A stretch of DNA of 32,151 nucleotides from assembly GCA_024626585.2 (NCBI GenBank), contig JANKJI020000004.1, positions 168,445,460-168,477,610 on the forward strand, written 5' to 3'. A program made the position numbers and the translations under genes. Origin of the DNA: Ginkgo biloba. Its lineage: Eukaryota; Plantae; Ginkgophyta. Below the pieces are notes generated by a model. That model saw only the letters and a list, made by a program, of their open reading frames with translations, ran no database searches and was not told the origin of the DNA. Positions 1 through 9,640 of the stretch are shown piece by piece (positions within the stretch are counted from its first letter, which is position 1; every line of letters begins with the position of its first letter).

Positions 1-720
1 TAAAGGCAAATAATAAGTTACTTCAATTTGCCTTCAGCGTATTTTTGAAGCTAGAAAATAGGGCATTTTATTAATGACTTCCCTTCGCTGGCATCCTCAA
101 GAAAGTCCTTAATGGCTAAAGCAACAAATGTGGCTAAATATGCTACAATTGGTAATTCTAATAGGGAACATGTAAATTGCATTAGTTCTAAAGTATGCTT
201 GTCCTTTACTCCTTCTATTTCTTTATTTTTGCTAGGGTTTTGATGATATCCCATAGTGTGTTGAAGAATACAAATGCATAATGGTTAGGCAAGGTGAATT
301 TTTTTGCTTCCTATGTATCCCATTTAGAACGAGTTAAAAAGAAATTGACTATCTTGAATGTTAAGGATCTTTCTCCAGGAGGAAGAATATAGATTGTAGA
401 TAAAGTCCTTTCTCCTATCCATGCATATTTTCCCTCTTTTTCCAGCGTTAAAACTTAGTGTATATGGAGTTAATAACTCTGTTTAGGAACTTCCTTTACA
501 CTGGGTCCTCTAATCGAAGCTTACTTCCTAAGGTGAACGGGGCATTTGTTGGGCCATTTGTTGTGCTAAGTGAGAAGAAGGTGGTCTTGGTATCATAGAT
601 ATCAAAATGCAGGAGTGGCCCTTGCATATAAATGGTTTGTTAGGGCTCTTATTGGGGATAATGCATGGTAGATTCTAGTAGGTTTTAAAATCTTTCAAGG
701 CTATTAATTAATAATTACCA
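1..720 (+). mobile_element. Degenerate L1-type LINE ORF2 fragment (region C-terminal of the RT core)
   Basis: Manual translation gives LSPGGRI*IVDKVLSPIHAYF (~370-432) and WAICCAK*EEGGLGIIDIKMQ...LAYKWFVRAL (~550-650). These match the plant LINE motifs LSxxGRxxLIxxVLxxIPxY and WxxxCxPKxEGGLGI. Many stops and frameshifts; boundaries approximate. Confidence 0.8.
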
Positions 721-1719
721 GTTAGAAGGCGGTTACATGGAGCAAGAGCAGGATAGTTTTATAGCAACGTCCGCTCCATAATTTTAAGAGTATCTAGCGG
801 AATTCTTCTTAAAATTCTACTCACATGAAAAAAAATTACATCAAGAAACAAATTCAAATGGACACAAAAAATAAAAGATAAAAAAATAAAAGAAATGAGA
901 CTACACATCTGTGCAGATGTCAGCACAAATCAACTAAACTATAAGAAAAAAATTCAACGCCCTTGTTGTAGGAAGTTGGCACTGTTATTCAATTTATGTG
1001 GTCGCTCTTAATTTTTAAAAAAATTAAACAATAACAAGAAAAAAAATATTAATGTGACCGTTTGCTAGGATATTCTCAGATTTTTTTTTCGTGTATCCTA
1101 CTGCACGGAACCACGCTTTTAGAATGCGGTCCCATGGACCAGGAAACATGATTAAATTGGATTCGGATATCCTGGAAAAGAGGTCACATGCATTTTCTGA
1201 ATTCCTGTTGTCGCTGAACTTCCCCCAAANNNNNNNNNNNNNNNNNNNNNNNNNNNNNNNNNNNNNNNNNNNNNNNNNNNNNNNNNNNNNNNNNNNNNNN
1301 NNNNNNNNNNNNNNNNNNNNNNNNNNNNNNNNNNNNNNNNNNNNNNNNNNNNNNNNNNNNNNNNNNNNNNNNNNNNNNNNNNNNNNNNNNNNNNNNNNNN
1401 NNNNNNNNNNNNNNNNNNNNNNNNNNNNNNNNNNNNNNNNNNNNNNNNNNNNNNNNNNNNNNNNNNNNNNNNTGAGGAGCGGTGGGGGCAATTCCATTTC
1501 CTGGTTCCTGCTCCATGGGACCGCCCTTTTATTGTCTCCGCAAGTTTCCGCCTCTGAACGTTCTTGTGAAACACAAAACCAACCGAACGCTCTAACGAAC
1601 TCTTTTCATCTAAACATCTTAATTTCTTCCTTTTATGTCAAAGCAATGCCATTTCATCCTCCTCTTATTCATTTTTTGGTCTCCGCATGCAACATTGCAA
1701 CGGCTTGGAGTGATCCAGG

Positions 1720-2244
1720 ATGATCCAAAGACCTTCCAGGGGCATTAGTCCGTCACGTTTGGCCAAAGATTTAACAGCCACTAAAGATTCTGATAGCTGC
1801 AGGAACAAATCAGAAATAAAATCCGCCAAGCAACTGGAATGCAGGCATTCACGAGCAGTCGAGAAGCTTCTTTGGCACGAGATTTGTTCTGTTTTACAAG
1901 CACAGGAAATAGATGCGGTGAAGGAGGCAATTGGAAACACTGTGGTAGAAGATAATGAAATTTTGTTCAGAGAAATTTTAGCGCTGGAAGATATATTGGT
2001 TTCTGTCAACAATAGCACCCAAAAACATCTTCAGTCAGTCCCACGAATTAACGAGAAGCAAAAACCTAATCAAATTTCTAGGGTTTTTAAAAGCTTAGAT
2101 GGTTTAGTCCATTCCTCTTCCAAAGTATCCAAACCAGATTCTGAAATCATTACATCGCCTAAAAAATTGCAGTCTAAAGATCAATTGCTGGGCAAAAAGG
2201 ATTCAAAAGAGCGGCCTTCTACTCCAGACTCTAGCGCAAGAAAA
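1720..2244 (+). CDS. CCDC24-like exon 1, 5' part (ATG to frameshift)
   Basis: ORF 1720..2322 starts at ATG in a CpG-rich segment and contains the N-terminal CCDC24-like helical block. After ...TPDSSARK the plausible reading frame shifts. Confidence 0.7.
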
Positions 2245-2672
2245 GCTCTCCTCTTCGGAAACTGTCTACACCAGACAGTAGTACGAATAAAAACCCTCGA
2301 CAAAGAAACGGGCTTGCGTTAAACGAAAGTCGAAAACCAACGGTAAAAATCGCAGAACAGTCCAGTAAGAGAGACGGTTTGACAATTGGATTGAATCCCG
2401 AAGAGGGTAATGAAAAAACCTGTCCAGATAGCAGGCCTTCAACTTCCAATGAGTCAACCCAATGGGAATTACATTATCCTCTGATAAACCTAACAGAAAT
2501 GACTGCATCCATCTCTATTTCTGGCGACCAAATTCGCGATAAGGTTGGTTCGAGTAAACCGTTGGCATTGGTCCCCGTTTGTCCTAATTTCGACCCTTGT
2601 TTGTTAGTGCAAGAGGTGAAACCGCAGCTGAATGTGTTCGACATTGATGAAGTTAAAGAAAATCTAAGGAAA
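2244..2672 (+). CDS. CCDC24-like exon 1, 3' part (shifted frame)
   Basis: This frame is open from 2235 to TAA at 2673-2675 and reads SSPLRKLSTPDSSTNKNPRQRNG...LVQEVKPQLNVFDIDEVKENLRK. It repeats the STPDSS motif seen just upstream in the first frame. Confidence 0.65.
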
Positions 2673-2675
2673 TAA

Positions 2676-3252
2676 TTTGACATGAACGACCTTGGCCTAA
2701 TGAATTAATATCTTGGCATCGAAGTGTGGCAAAAGGATAATGGAATATTTATTTCTCAAAGTAGATATGCAAAAGATTTACCCAAAATATTTCATATGGA
2801 AGATTATAAAATCTCACCTATTCTTATGGAAATAGGAATACAATTGACTATAGATGATTGAACAAATTTAGTTGATAATACTCTATATAGACAACTGGTC
2901 AGAAGTCTCATATACCTAATCGATACAAGACTAGATATAGACTATTCAGTTGGAAAAGTTGTAAGGTATATGACTACTCCAAGACAAACACATTGGATAG
3001 TAGAAAAAAAAAATTTAAGATATATAAAAGGTACATTAGATAATAAAATTTGGTATATAGGTACATGAATAGGTACAGATACAGGTATAAGTGTAGGTAT
3101 AGGTACAGGTTTAACTAGATATATAGATGCAAATTAGGCAGGTTCTTTGGAAGACATGAAATCTACTACAGGATACATGTTTCACTTGGGATCAGGTGCA
3201 GTATCATGGTGCAGTAAAAAGCAACATACTATTGCTTTATCTTCAACAGAAT
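2676..3252 (+). mobile_element. Ty1/copia pol fragment: RT C-terminal half and start of RNase H
   Basis: One frame reads FDMNDLGLMN*YLGIEVWQKDNGIFISQSRYAKDL...LYRQLVRSLIYLIDTRLDIDYSV...HWIVEKKNLRYIKGT...YIDAN*AGSLEDMKSTTGYMFHLGSGAVSWCSKKQHTIALSSTE. These are canonical copia RT and RNase H motifs, with in-frame stops. Confidence 0.95.
3053..3110 (+). repeat. Degenerate 6-bp tandem repeat (ATAGGT/ACAGGT) inside the copia fragment
   Basis: tataggtacatgaataggtacagatacaggtataagtgtaggtataggtacaggt lies between the RT end and the RNase H start and preserves the frame. Confidence 0.75.
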
Positions 3253-3564
3253 NNNNNNNNNNNNNNNNNNNNNNNNNNNNNNNNNNNNNNNNNNNNNNNN
3301 NNNNNNNNNNNNNNNNNNNNNNNNNNNNNNNNNNNNNNNNNNNNNNNNNNNNNNNNNNNNNNNNNNNNNNNNNNNNNNNNNNNNNNNNNNNNNNNNNNNN
3401 NNNNNNNNNNNNNTATCGGTATGCTATCATTTTGGGTTTGACCAAAAATTCAAAAAATAAATCCTCTATTGTAAAGTCCCTAACTTCCTCCACACTAAAT
3501 ATTTTTCGATGGTTCTTAAGACAAACACTAATAAGACTATTTATATGTGTAGTTACCTGCACAG

Positions 3565-3617
3565 TTCATACTCCAGAGACCATAGAAGTGTCTTCATCTG
3601 ATGATATTCTTCAGCAG
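3565..3617 (+). CDS. Possible small internal exon (HTPETIEVSSSDDILQQ)
   Basis: ctgcacAG acceptor and CAG|GT donor. It ends in phase 0, compatible with the exon at 3951. The donor is weak and no homology was recognised. Confidence 0.25.
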
Positions 3618-3950
3618 GTCCTGGATTAACTTATAGTATTGAATGATGCTAGACACAGTAGTCGAGAGAAAGTTGTGCTTCATCCATAGCGTTCCTCCCT
3701 CATTTTACCTCTAGATGCCTCTGTTACCATACAGTTGTCTGTCTATATTATATTTTGTTGTTTCAAGCTTTAGGAGCTTTTAGATTCATTATCAGATATG
3801 CTGTAGGCACTCCCCAGTTATATACTATATGTTTTCTTAGTCGTGTTGACTGTTTTTGGTCATTTGTGGATATACATATAATTTCATATCATTTAGTCCA
3901 AAGAAGATTGATGGGAACTTCATCCTTTTTTCATGATGTCTGAACTTCAG

Positions 3951-4763
3951 GTCACAAATACTCCAAGAACTTTGGCCCAACATCAGGATCTTCACAAATT
4001 AGATTCAGAAGTCAACCAGAGAATTCCATCTCTTCGAGTAGCAAAAGATTTTGTAAAGAGGCCAGTAGAGAAGGTGCAATCATTGCTTGTAGCAGTACCC
4101 AATTCTGACAAAAAAACAGAAGAGAGATGGCAGCCAACTTTGGTTTCGGAGAATGTTCCAAGACAACTGCCTTACGTAGCATCAAAAGATGTTGCAAAGA
4201 TGTCAGAGGAGAATGTGGTTCATACACCTTTTCATACAATACAGGACGCAATAAAAAAGCCAGAGGAAAAGATACAAGATATGATTAAATCATCAGAGGA
4301 AAAGGTACAGTCCACTTTTCTGTCTGCAAATGTTCAGAGACCATCATCTCCTCGAGCAACAAAGGATTCAATGAAAAGATCACCAGAAAAAAAAGGCCAC
4401 AGCGTTCTGCTTTCTCAAAATATTCAAAGATCAATGCCATCTGCCCTAGCAGCAGAGGATGTCAGAAAATGGCCAGAAGAAAAGAAGGCACAGCAGACCA
4501 CTTTGCTCTCTCAATTAAATGCCCACAGAACTTCATCTTCCATAGCAGTAAAGGATTGTATAAGGAGGCCAGAAGAGAAGTTGCAGACCACTTTGCTTCA
4601 CCGAACAAATCAAAGATTGTTGTCTCCTCAATTACCTACAAGACAAATCAAGGATAGACCTAAGCAGATGACCTGTGTAAATGAAGCAGCTGGAAGCCTT
4701 CCCACTAAAAGCTTAAGAACAAAGATTTCAGCTCCTTCAGTGATAAGGAGGACTAACACTTGA
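3951..4763 (+). CDS. Terminal exon encoding a K/S/Q/E-rich region with ~30-aa imperfect repeats; probably the last exon of the CCDC24-like gene
   Basis: 813-nt uninterrupted frame after a pyrimidine-rich stretch and ttcAG (3949-3950), ending at TGA 4761-4763 and followed by T-rich 3'UTR-like sequence. Repeated motif KDxx(K/R)RPEEKxQ(S/T)TLLSxNxQR. Confidence 0.75.
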   Translation, partial: VTNTPRTLAQHQDLHKLDSEVNQRIPSLRVAKDFVKRPVEKVQSLLVAVPNSDKKTEERWQPTLVSENVPRQLPYVASKDVAKMSEENVVHTPFHTIQDAIKKPEEKIQDMIKSSEEKVQSTFLSANVQRPSSPRATKDSMKRSPEKKGHSVLLSQNIQRSMPSALAAEDVRKWPEEKKAQQTTLLSQLNAHRTSSSIAVKDCIRRPEEKLQTTLLHRTNQRLLSPQLPTRQIKDRPKQMTCVNEAAGSLPTKSLRTKISAPSVIRRTNT

Positions 4764-5039
4764 AGAGCACGATGTTAGTTGCTGTTTTCAGTTGGGATCT
4801 ATTTGTTTGCCTGTTCTTGTTTGTACATTAGACTTGAGTAATTACCTTTCCTCCTCTTCATATTCTTTGTTTTTCATGGGCACAAATGAAGTCCTTTGAC
4901 TTATATGCACTTTGTTCAATGTTGATCAATGTAAAATTTCGTCCTCTATTGGGCCTTCCTAAGATGCCCTTACAAGAAATTTATCAATCCCTGATGGTCT
5001 TGCAGTAATTCATGCACAATAGGTAACTGAGATGCCTTT

Positions 5040-5555
5040 TTTACTTCTCTCTACATAGTCGAGGTCCCATATTGATGTGGGATGGGTCGACCATCGGCCA
5101 GATCCAACTTTTGTCGGGCATAGCGAGATTGCCGTGTGTCGATCACTCAATTCTAGGTCGATCGACGACAGGGAAAATCGACGCCGATGCAGTCTGCCTT
5201 CCAAGATCTCAGTGATAGCCTTGGCCGATGATGTCAGCAAACAACTCTATCGGGTTGACGCAGGCTATCTGTCGGTTAGCTCACCAACATACACACAGAC
5301 ACGATTCTCAAAATAATTAGCTTGGGCAACGATGAACTCGAAAATTGAATGACTCTACACAGGACTTGATACTAGTAATTTTGCAATGCACAAAGAAAGT
5401 GTACATAAGACAATGTCTCGAAATCACATCAAAGAGAATGACATGGTCCCTTTAACTGGAGAAACCCTCATGGGGAATAAAACTCTAGGTACATCAAAGA
5501 AGCAGCCAAATTACACATCATGCTTTTACAATAGCCTCAGCGACCCAATTGACAT
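5040..5555. mobile_element. LTR-like / repeat-derived CpG-rich segment
   Basis: Abrupt TCGA/CCGA-rich composition similar in style to the LTR-like insert at 13670. No credible protein; it ends at a large gap. Confidence 0.35.
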
Positions 5556-6737
5556 NNNNNNNNNNNNNNNNNNNNNNNNNNNNNNNNNNNNNNNNNNNNN
5601 NNNNNNNNNNNNNNNNNNNNNNNNNNNNNNNNNNNNNNNNNNNNNNNNNNNNNNNNNNNNNNNNNNNNNNNNNNNNNNNNNNNNNNNNNNNNNNNNNNNN
5701 NNNNNNNNNNNNNNNNNNNNNNNNNNNNNNNNNNNNNNNNNNNNNNNNNNNNNNNNNNNNNNNNNNNNNNNNNNNNNNNNNNNNNNNNNNNNNNNNNNNN
5801 NNNNNNNNNNNNNNNNNNNNNNNNNNNNNNNNNNNNNNNNNNNNNNNNNNNNNNNNNNNNNNNNNNNNNNNNNNNNNNNNNNNNNNNNNNNNNNNNNNNN
5901 NNNNNNNNNNNNNNNNNNNNNNNNNNNNNNNNNNNNNNNNNNNNNNNNNNNNNNNNNNNNNNNNNNNNNNNNNNNNNNNNNNNNNNNNNNNNNNNNNNNN
6001 NNNNNNNNNNNNNNNNNNNNNNNNNNNNNNNNNNNNNNNNNNNNNNNNNNNNNNNNNNNNNNNNNNCATGTGTTTTCTGCCAATAACTAAAGATATTTCA
6101 TGTGAAAAACAATAAGCATCCAAATGGTTAATTGGAAAAGAGATTGAGGTAATTGTTTTTGGACAGAATTTTGTCTAGTGTGTGTAGTGTTGAATCATGT
6201 TCATCTAAGCAGACCTGTCATATCCCATTTTCACAATGAATGGAACAATTATGTGTTGAAATTTAGTTTGGGTCCCTTTCTAAAGACGAACCCCCCAAAA
6301 TGCATCCCATTTCATTGTAAAAACTGCAAAGTTAAGGCTTTCAATAAGCCTTGTTTTTCACTGTAAGAGAATTTGTTTTTAATTTCTTTGAGGCTAAGTG
6401 AAGGATTCACAATTGGTACTAGACACTGGTTACAACAGGAAGGGACAGCATCAGCAGAGTCTGCTACTCTTGCTCTCAGTTGGAACTGTCATTCAGCTTT
6501 CATTTGAGTAGTATATTAGATTTGAGAATCCATGTATGCGGCTTCATTTTCTACTTAGTGTTGTAGTTGTTTTCCAGATAAAACTCAATCAGTTAAACAA
6601 AGCTGCACAATTGGTAGCAATGTTCATGTTATTGTTCAAGGGAACAAAAGTTGTGTTACATGCGGTTCCTTGCAAAAACAACATGAAGGTTCTCCGTTCT
6701 TTAGATTCTTGGAATTATTTTCTTGGGGTCGTTTGTG

Positions 6738-7400
6738 CATAGGGTGTATCGGAATTGTGTAAAGAGTGACAGGAGTTTTAAACCTAATTGTGGGCATCTT
6801 GAACATAAAAATGTCCTTTCATTAAGAACTCAACATGTTGGGTTTGAATCTGTGAGTATTGTTTCTGCAACAGTTTGTGGAAAGAGTTTGGATTCCAAAG
6901 AAATCTACAGATTGCATCCCCTTGTACCCAAGAGGTTGTGCAACATAAATTATACATCCACTTCCCAATTGCTTACCAGTGAAGTAATTGCTTCTGCTTG
7001 GATACGTACAGTCGCCACTGATAGTTGAAGCATGGCATCGTAGGCAGTTCTCTATGGTCTTTAATCATAGGGTGAATTGGAATTGTGTAAAGAGTGACAG
7101 GAGTGTTAAACTGAATAGTGCTTTTCACATTCATCATATTTCTTGACCAGAAAAATGTTCTTTCATTAAGAACTCAACGTTTTGGGTTTAAATCATTGAG
7201 TGTTCTTTCTGCAACAGTTTGTGGGATGCGTTTGGCTTCCAAGGAGTTCACACAAATGGCATCCCATTGTACTGAAGAGATGTGCAACACATTCTTTGTG
7301 CACTTCTCATTTGCTTTCCAGTGCAAGTAATCGGTTCTGCTTGGACATCTAAAGATGCCTTAGATAATTGGAGATAATTGGAGCATGGTATCTAAGACAA
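6738..7400. repeat. Diverged direct tandem duplication, period ~328 bp (copies start 6738 and 7066)
   Basis: Shared blocks catagggtg..ggaattgtgtaaagagtgacaggagt, aaaaatgt(c/t)ctttcattaagaactcaac, ttctgcaacagtttgtgg and ttctgcttgga occur in both copies. Confidence 0.9.
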
Positions 7401-9274
7401 TAGGTCAGGTATCTATACAGTCAGAGGGGAGCAGGTCAACTTCCTACTGTTATAAGAAATGGAAAGTGCATATGTTTTGATGATGCACAAGTTTAGACGT
7501 TAAGGACCTTTTAGGCATTGGAGAAAAATTTAACTTGGTATGGTTAACAGTAGACCTTTTTTGGTAAAAGTTTTCTACTTTAACCTAAGCATGGGAATAT
7601 CCAATGAAACGAACCACCATAAGTACCTGGTGGTTGATTCAACATGAAGGTCATTACCAGTCTATTATATGTTTGCTTAGATGAGGGAGGGAGGGGCTTC
7701 TTGATTTTCTCTGTAGGAACTGTGAAGAAATTGTAGGATCTGATATGCTACCAAGAGGAATTTGCCATCCTATGGGGTGCAGATTTTTCCTACTGCTGGC
7801 CGTCAGGAGGAAATTTAGAAAATGTTGTTGTGTTAGGAAACATTTAGGAATAACAGGAATTCAAGGAATTGTGNNNNNNNNNNNNNNNNAAACTATAGCT
7901 GCTAAGGCTAGCCTCACTGTCCAGTAGTTGCTTTAAAGGATCATCCTAAAGAGTAGCTGCTCCTTGTTTTTGGTACAAGATTTTATTTTTCCAGGTAGCT
8001 CCCTCTTTGTATATCCACTTGACCATGAATCCATGAAATTTTGCAGTTTAGCTCTGATGTTGGGGGCATGTTCTTGTTTTGACAACTATCATGATGTGAT
8101 TGTATTCACACATCGNNNNNNNNNNNNNNNNNNNNNNNNNNNNNNNNNNNNNNNNNNNNNNNNNNNNNNNNNNNNNNNNNNNNNNATGCTAGTTAAGGAC
8201 AAGACTGCCCTTTGGTGGTCACAGTGTATGCATTGCAGGATCTCATCTTATATGTGGAAGCAGATTGCTGAGCATCAAGTTAACCATTGAATCTAAAGGC
8301 CATAGAGTTATGCTCATGAGTCATGACTCATATCCTAAAGGATACCCATGTGACTATGGTTGAACTGGAATCTAGCAAATATCATAAGAGTAATATGGAT
8401 TATCTTGGTGATCGACCTCATTTTGCAACCATACTTTTCTAAAAGTCATTTTGGCATGCACATCATTTTCGACAATAATGAGTTAGTTTTAGTTAATTGG
8501 CAGTTAGGCTTTTTGCAAAGAACAAATATAGGAAGATGAAAAGGGTAGGTGCATATTCAGGGAACAGAATTGGCTTTCTGTACAAACTCTCTTAAAGGAA
8601 GCTTGTGCAGTTCTGAGGATAGCCAGAAGTTGGCAAGAGTGTGGTATACATGCCCTTGTAACAAACTAAATTGCACTGGGAAGAAGAGACTGGAAAAAGA
8701 AGCATATGACTTGCCAATATGAGGTGATGTAAACTTGTTTCCAAGATTAATGAATGGAAATCTGGTTAGGAATTTCCTGGTTCTAAATTTATTTTTTATC
8801 ATCATTCTGTTCAATGCATATGAATGGCACTCTAATTGTCCGCATGCCGTTTGTTTTGTTTTTCTGCACGAAAACACACTCAATGCACTCAATTGGCAAA
8901 TCAATCTGATATCTGAGTAGATTTACCCTGAGAACATCCTAAAAGCAGTTATGGATTAGACAACATAACTTGGAAGCAGGAGGATGTATGGGAGATATAC
9001 TCCTCTGCCAGAAACTAGTAGAAAAAAAGATGATCCACTGCAATAAGAATTTTTGCAACTAGGGAAAAACCAGGAGAAGTGACTAAAGAACATGCACAAA
9101 GAACACTTGACAGTAGAATGGATTAGCTGGAAGACTGTGCACCAATTTTAGGCACAGATGTAGGGTTAAATGGATTAATTGCTCAATGCAATGTGATGTT
9201 GGTCAACTGAGTATCCGCATTAACACACCAATGTCATTTGTGGTTGGCTTGACCACACCTTCACAAAATATTAC

Positions 9275-9640
9275 CCTCAAGGGTGGAAATCAAGCCCTTT
9301 GATGGTTCTTCAGTGCATGGATTCAACATTCGAGGTATACTTGTCCTGCTGCAGGTATACTGAGTTACAAGAAATAATCTTTGCAATACTAGAAATGGTA
9401 GAAAGTGCAGTTATATGCCCGAAGAGATTTTGTCAAAGATAACAACAAAGTTGATTGCCCNNNNNNNNNNNNNNNNNAAAGAAGTTTTATTCAATGGGAT
9501 ACGAGAATGAGTTGTATGCCTATTGGTGCAACTTAGGCAAAATGTTGGTCAGTAGGTTCAAGAATACACCCATGAATTTCATAAGCTCACCATAAAGTTG
9601 AATGTGCATGAAGATGGGAATGAATTGATCTTGAAGCACA
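9275..9640 (+). mobile_element. Degenerate Ty3/gypsy gag (retrotransposon gag domain) fragment
   Basis: Frameshifted translation gives RVEIKPFDG..AWIQ..EVYLSCCRYTELQEIIFAILEM...KKFYSMGYENELY...QLRQNVGQ*VQEYT.NFHKLTIKLNVHE, containing the gag QxxxQxVxEY motif. Confidence 0.75.

Larger units (their letters stand above)
1720..4763 (+). pseudogene. CCDC24-like coiled-coil protein gene, disrupted (frameshift at ~2241-2244, copia fusion at ~2673)
   Basis: The N-terminal block LLWHEICSVLQAQEIDAVKEAIGNTVVEDNEILFREILALEDIL and a later block LVQEVKPQLNVFDIDEVKENLR resemble, in the right order, the two conserved CCDC24 blocks as recalled (approx. SLWELVEEHV..ER.EVKRILG.AAVD.SLELRAEV.ML..LL and LNVFNIDQVA..LR). 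Linking the 3951-4763 exon to this gene is inferred from strand, proximity and a phase-0 acceptor. Confidence 0.6.

Noticed and set aside
1024-1723. Long ORFs spanning the 1230-1471 gap (and similar X-filled ORFs at 5386-6123, 9755-10095, 19389-19942, 29295-29609)
   Set aside because: Their length comes from N-runs that contain no stops, and the flanks show no protein motifs.
1665-2683. Minus-strand ORFs 1665-2018, 2231-2449, 2266-2508, 2474-2683
   Set aside because: Antisense shadows of the plus-strand exon.
2676-3252. Functional domesticated CCDC24-RT fusion protein
   Set aside because: There is a stop at the junction and several in-frame stops in the RT, and the catalytic YVDD region is absent.
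8557-9150. 115-aa minus-strand ORF with possible splice signals
   Set aside because: No recognisable domain, and no consistent exon chain could be built.
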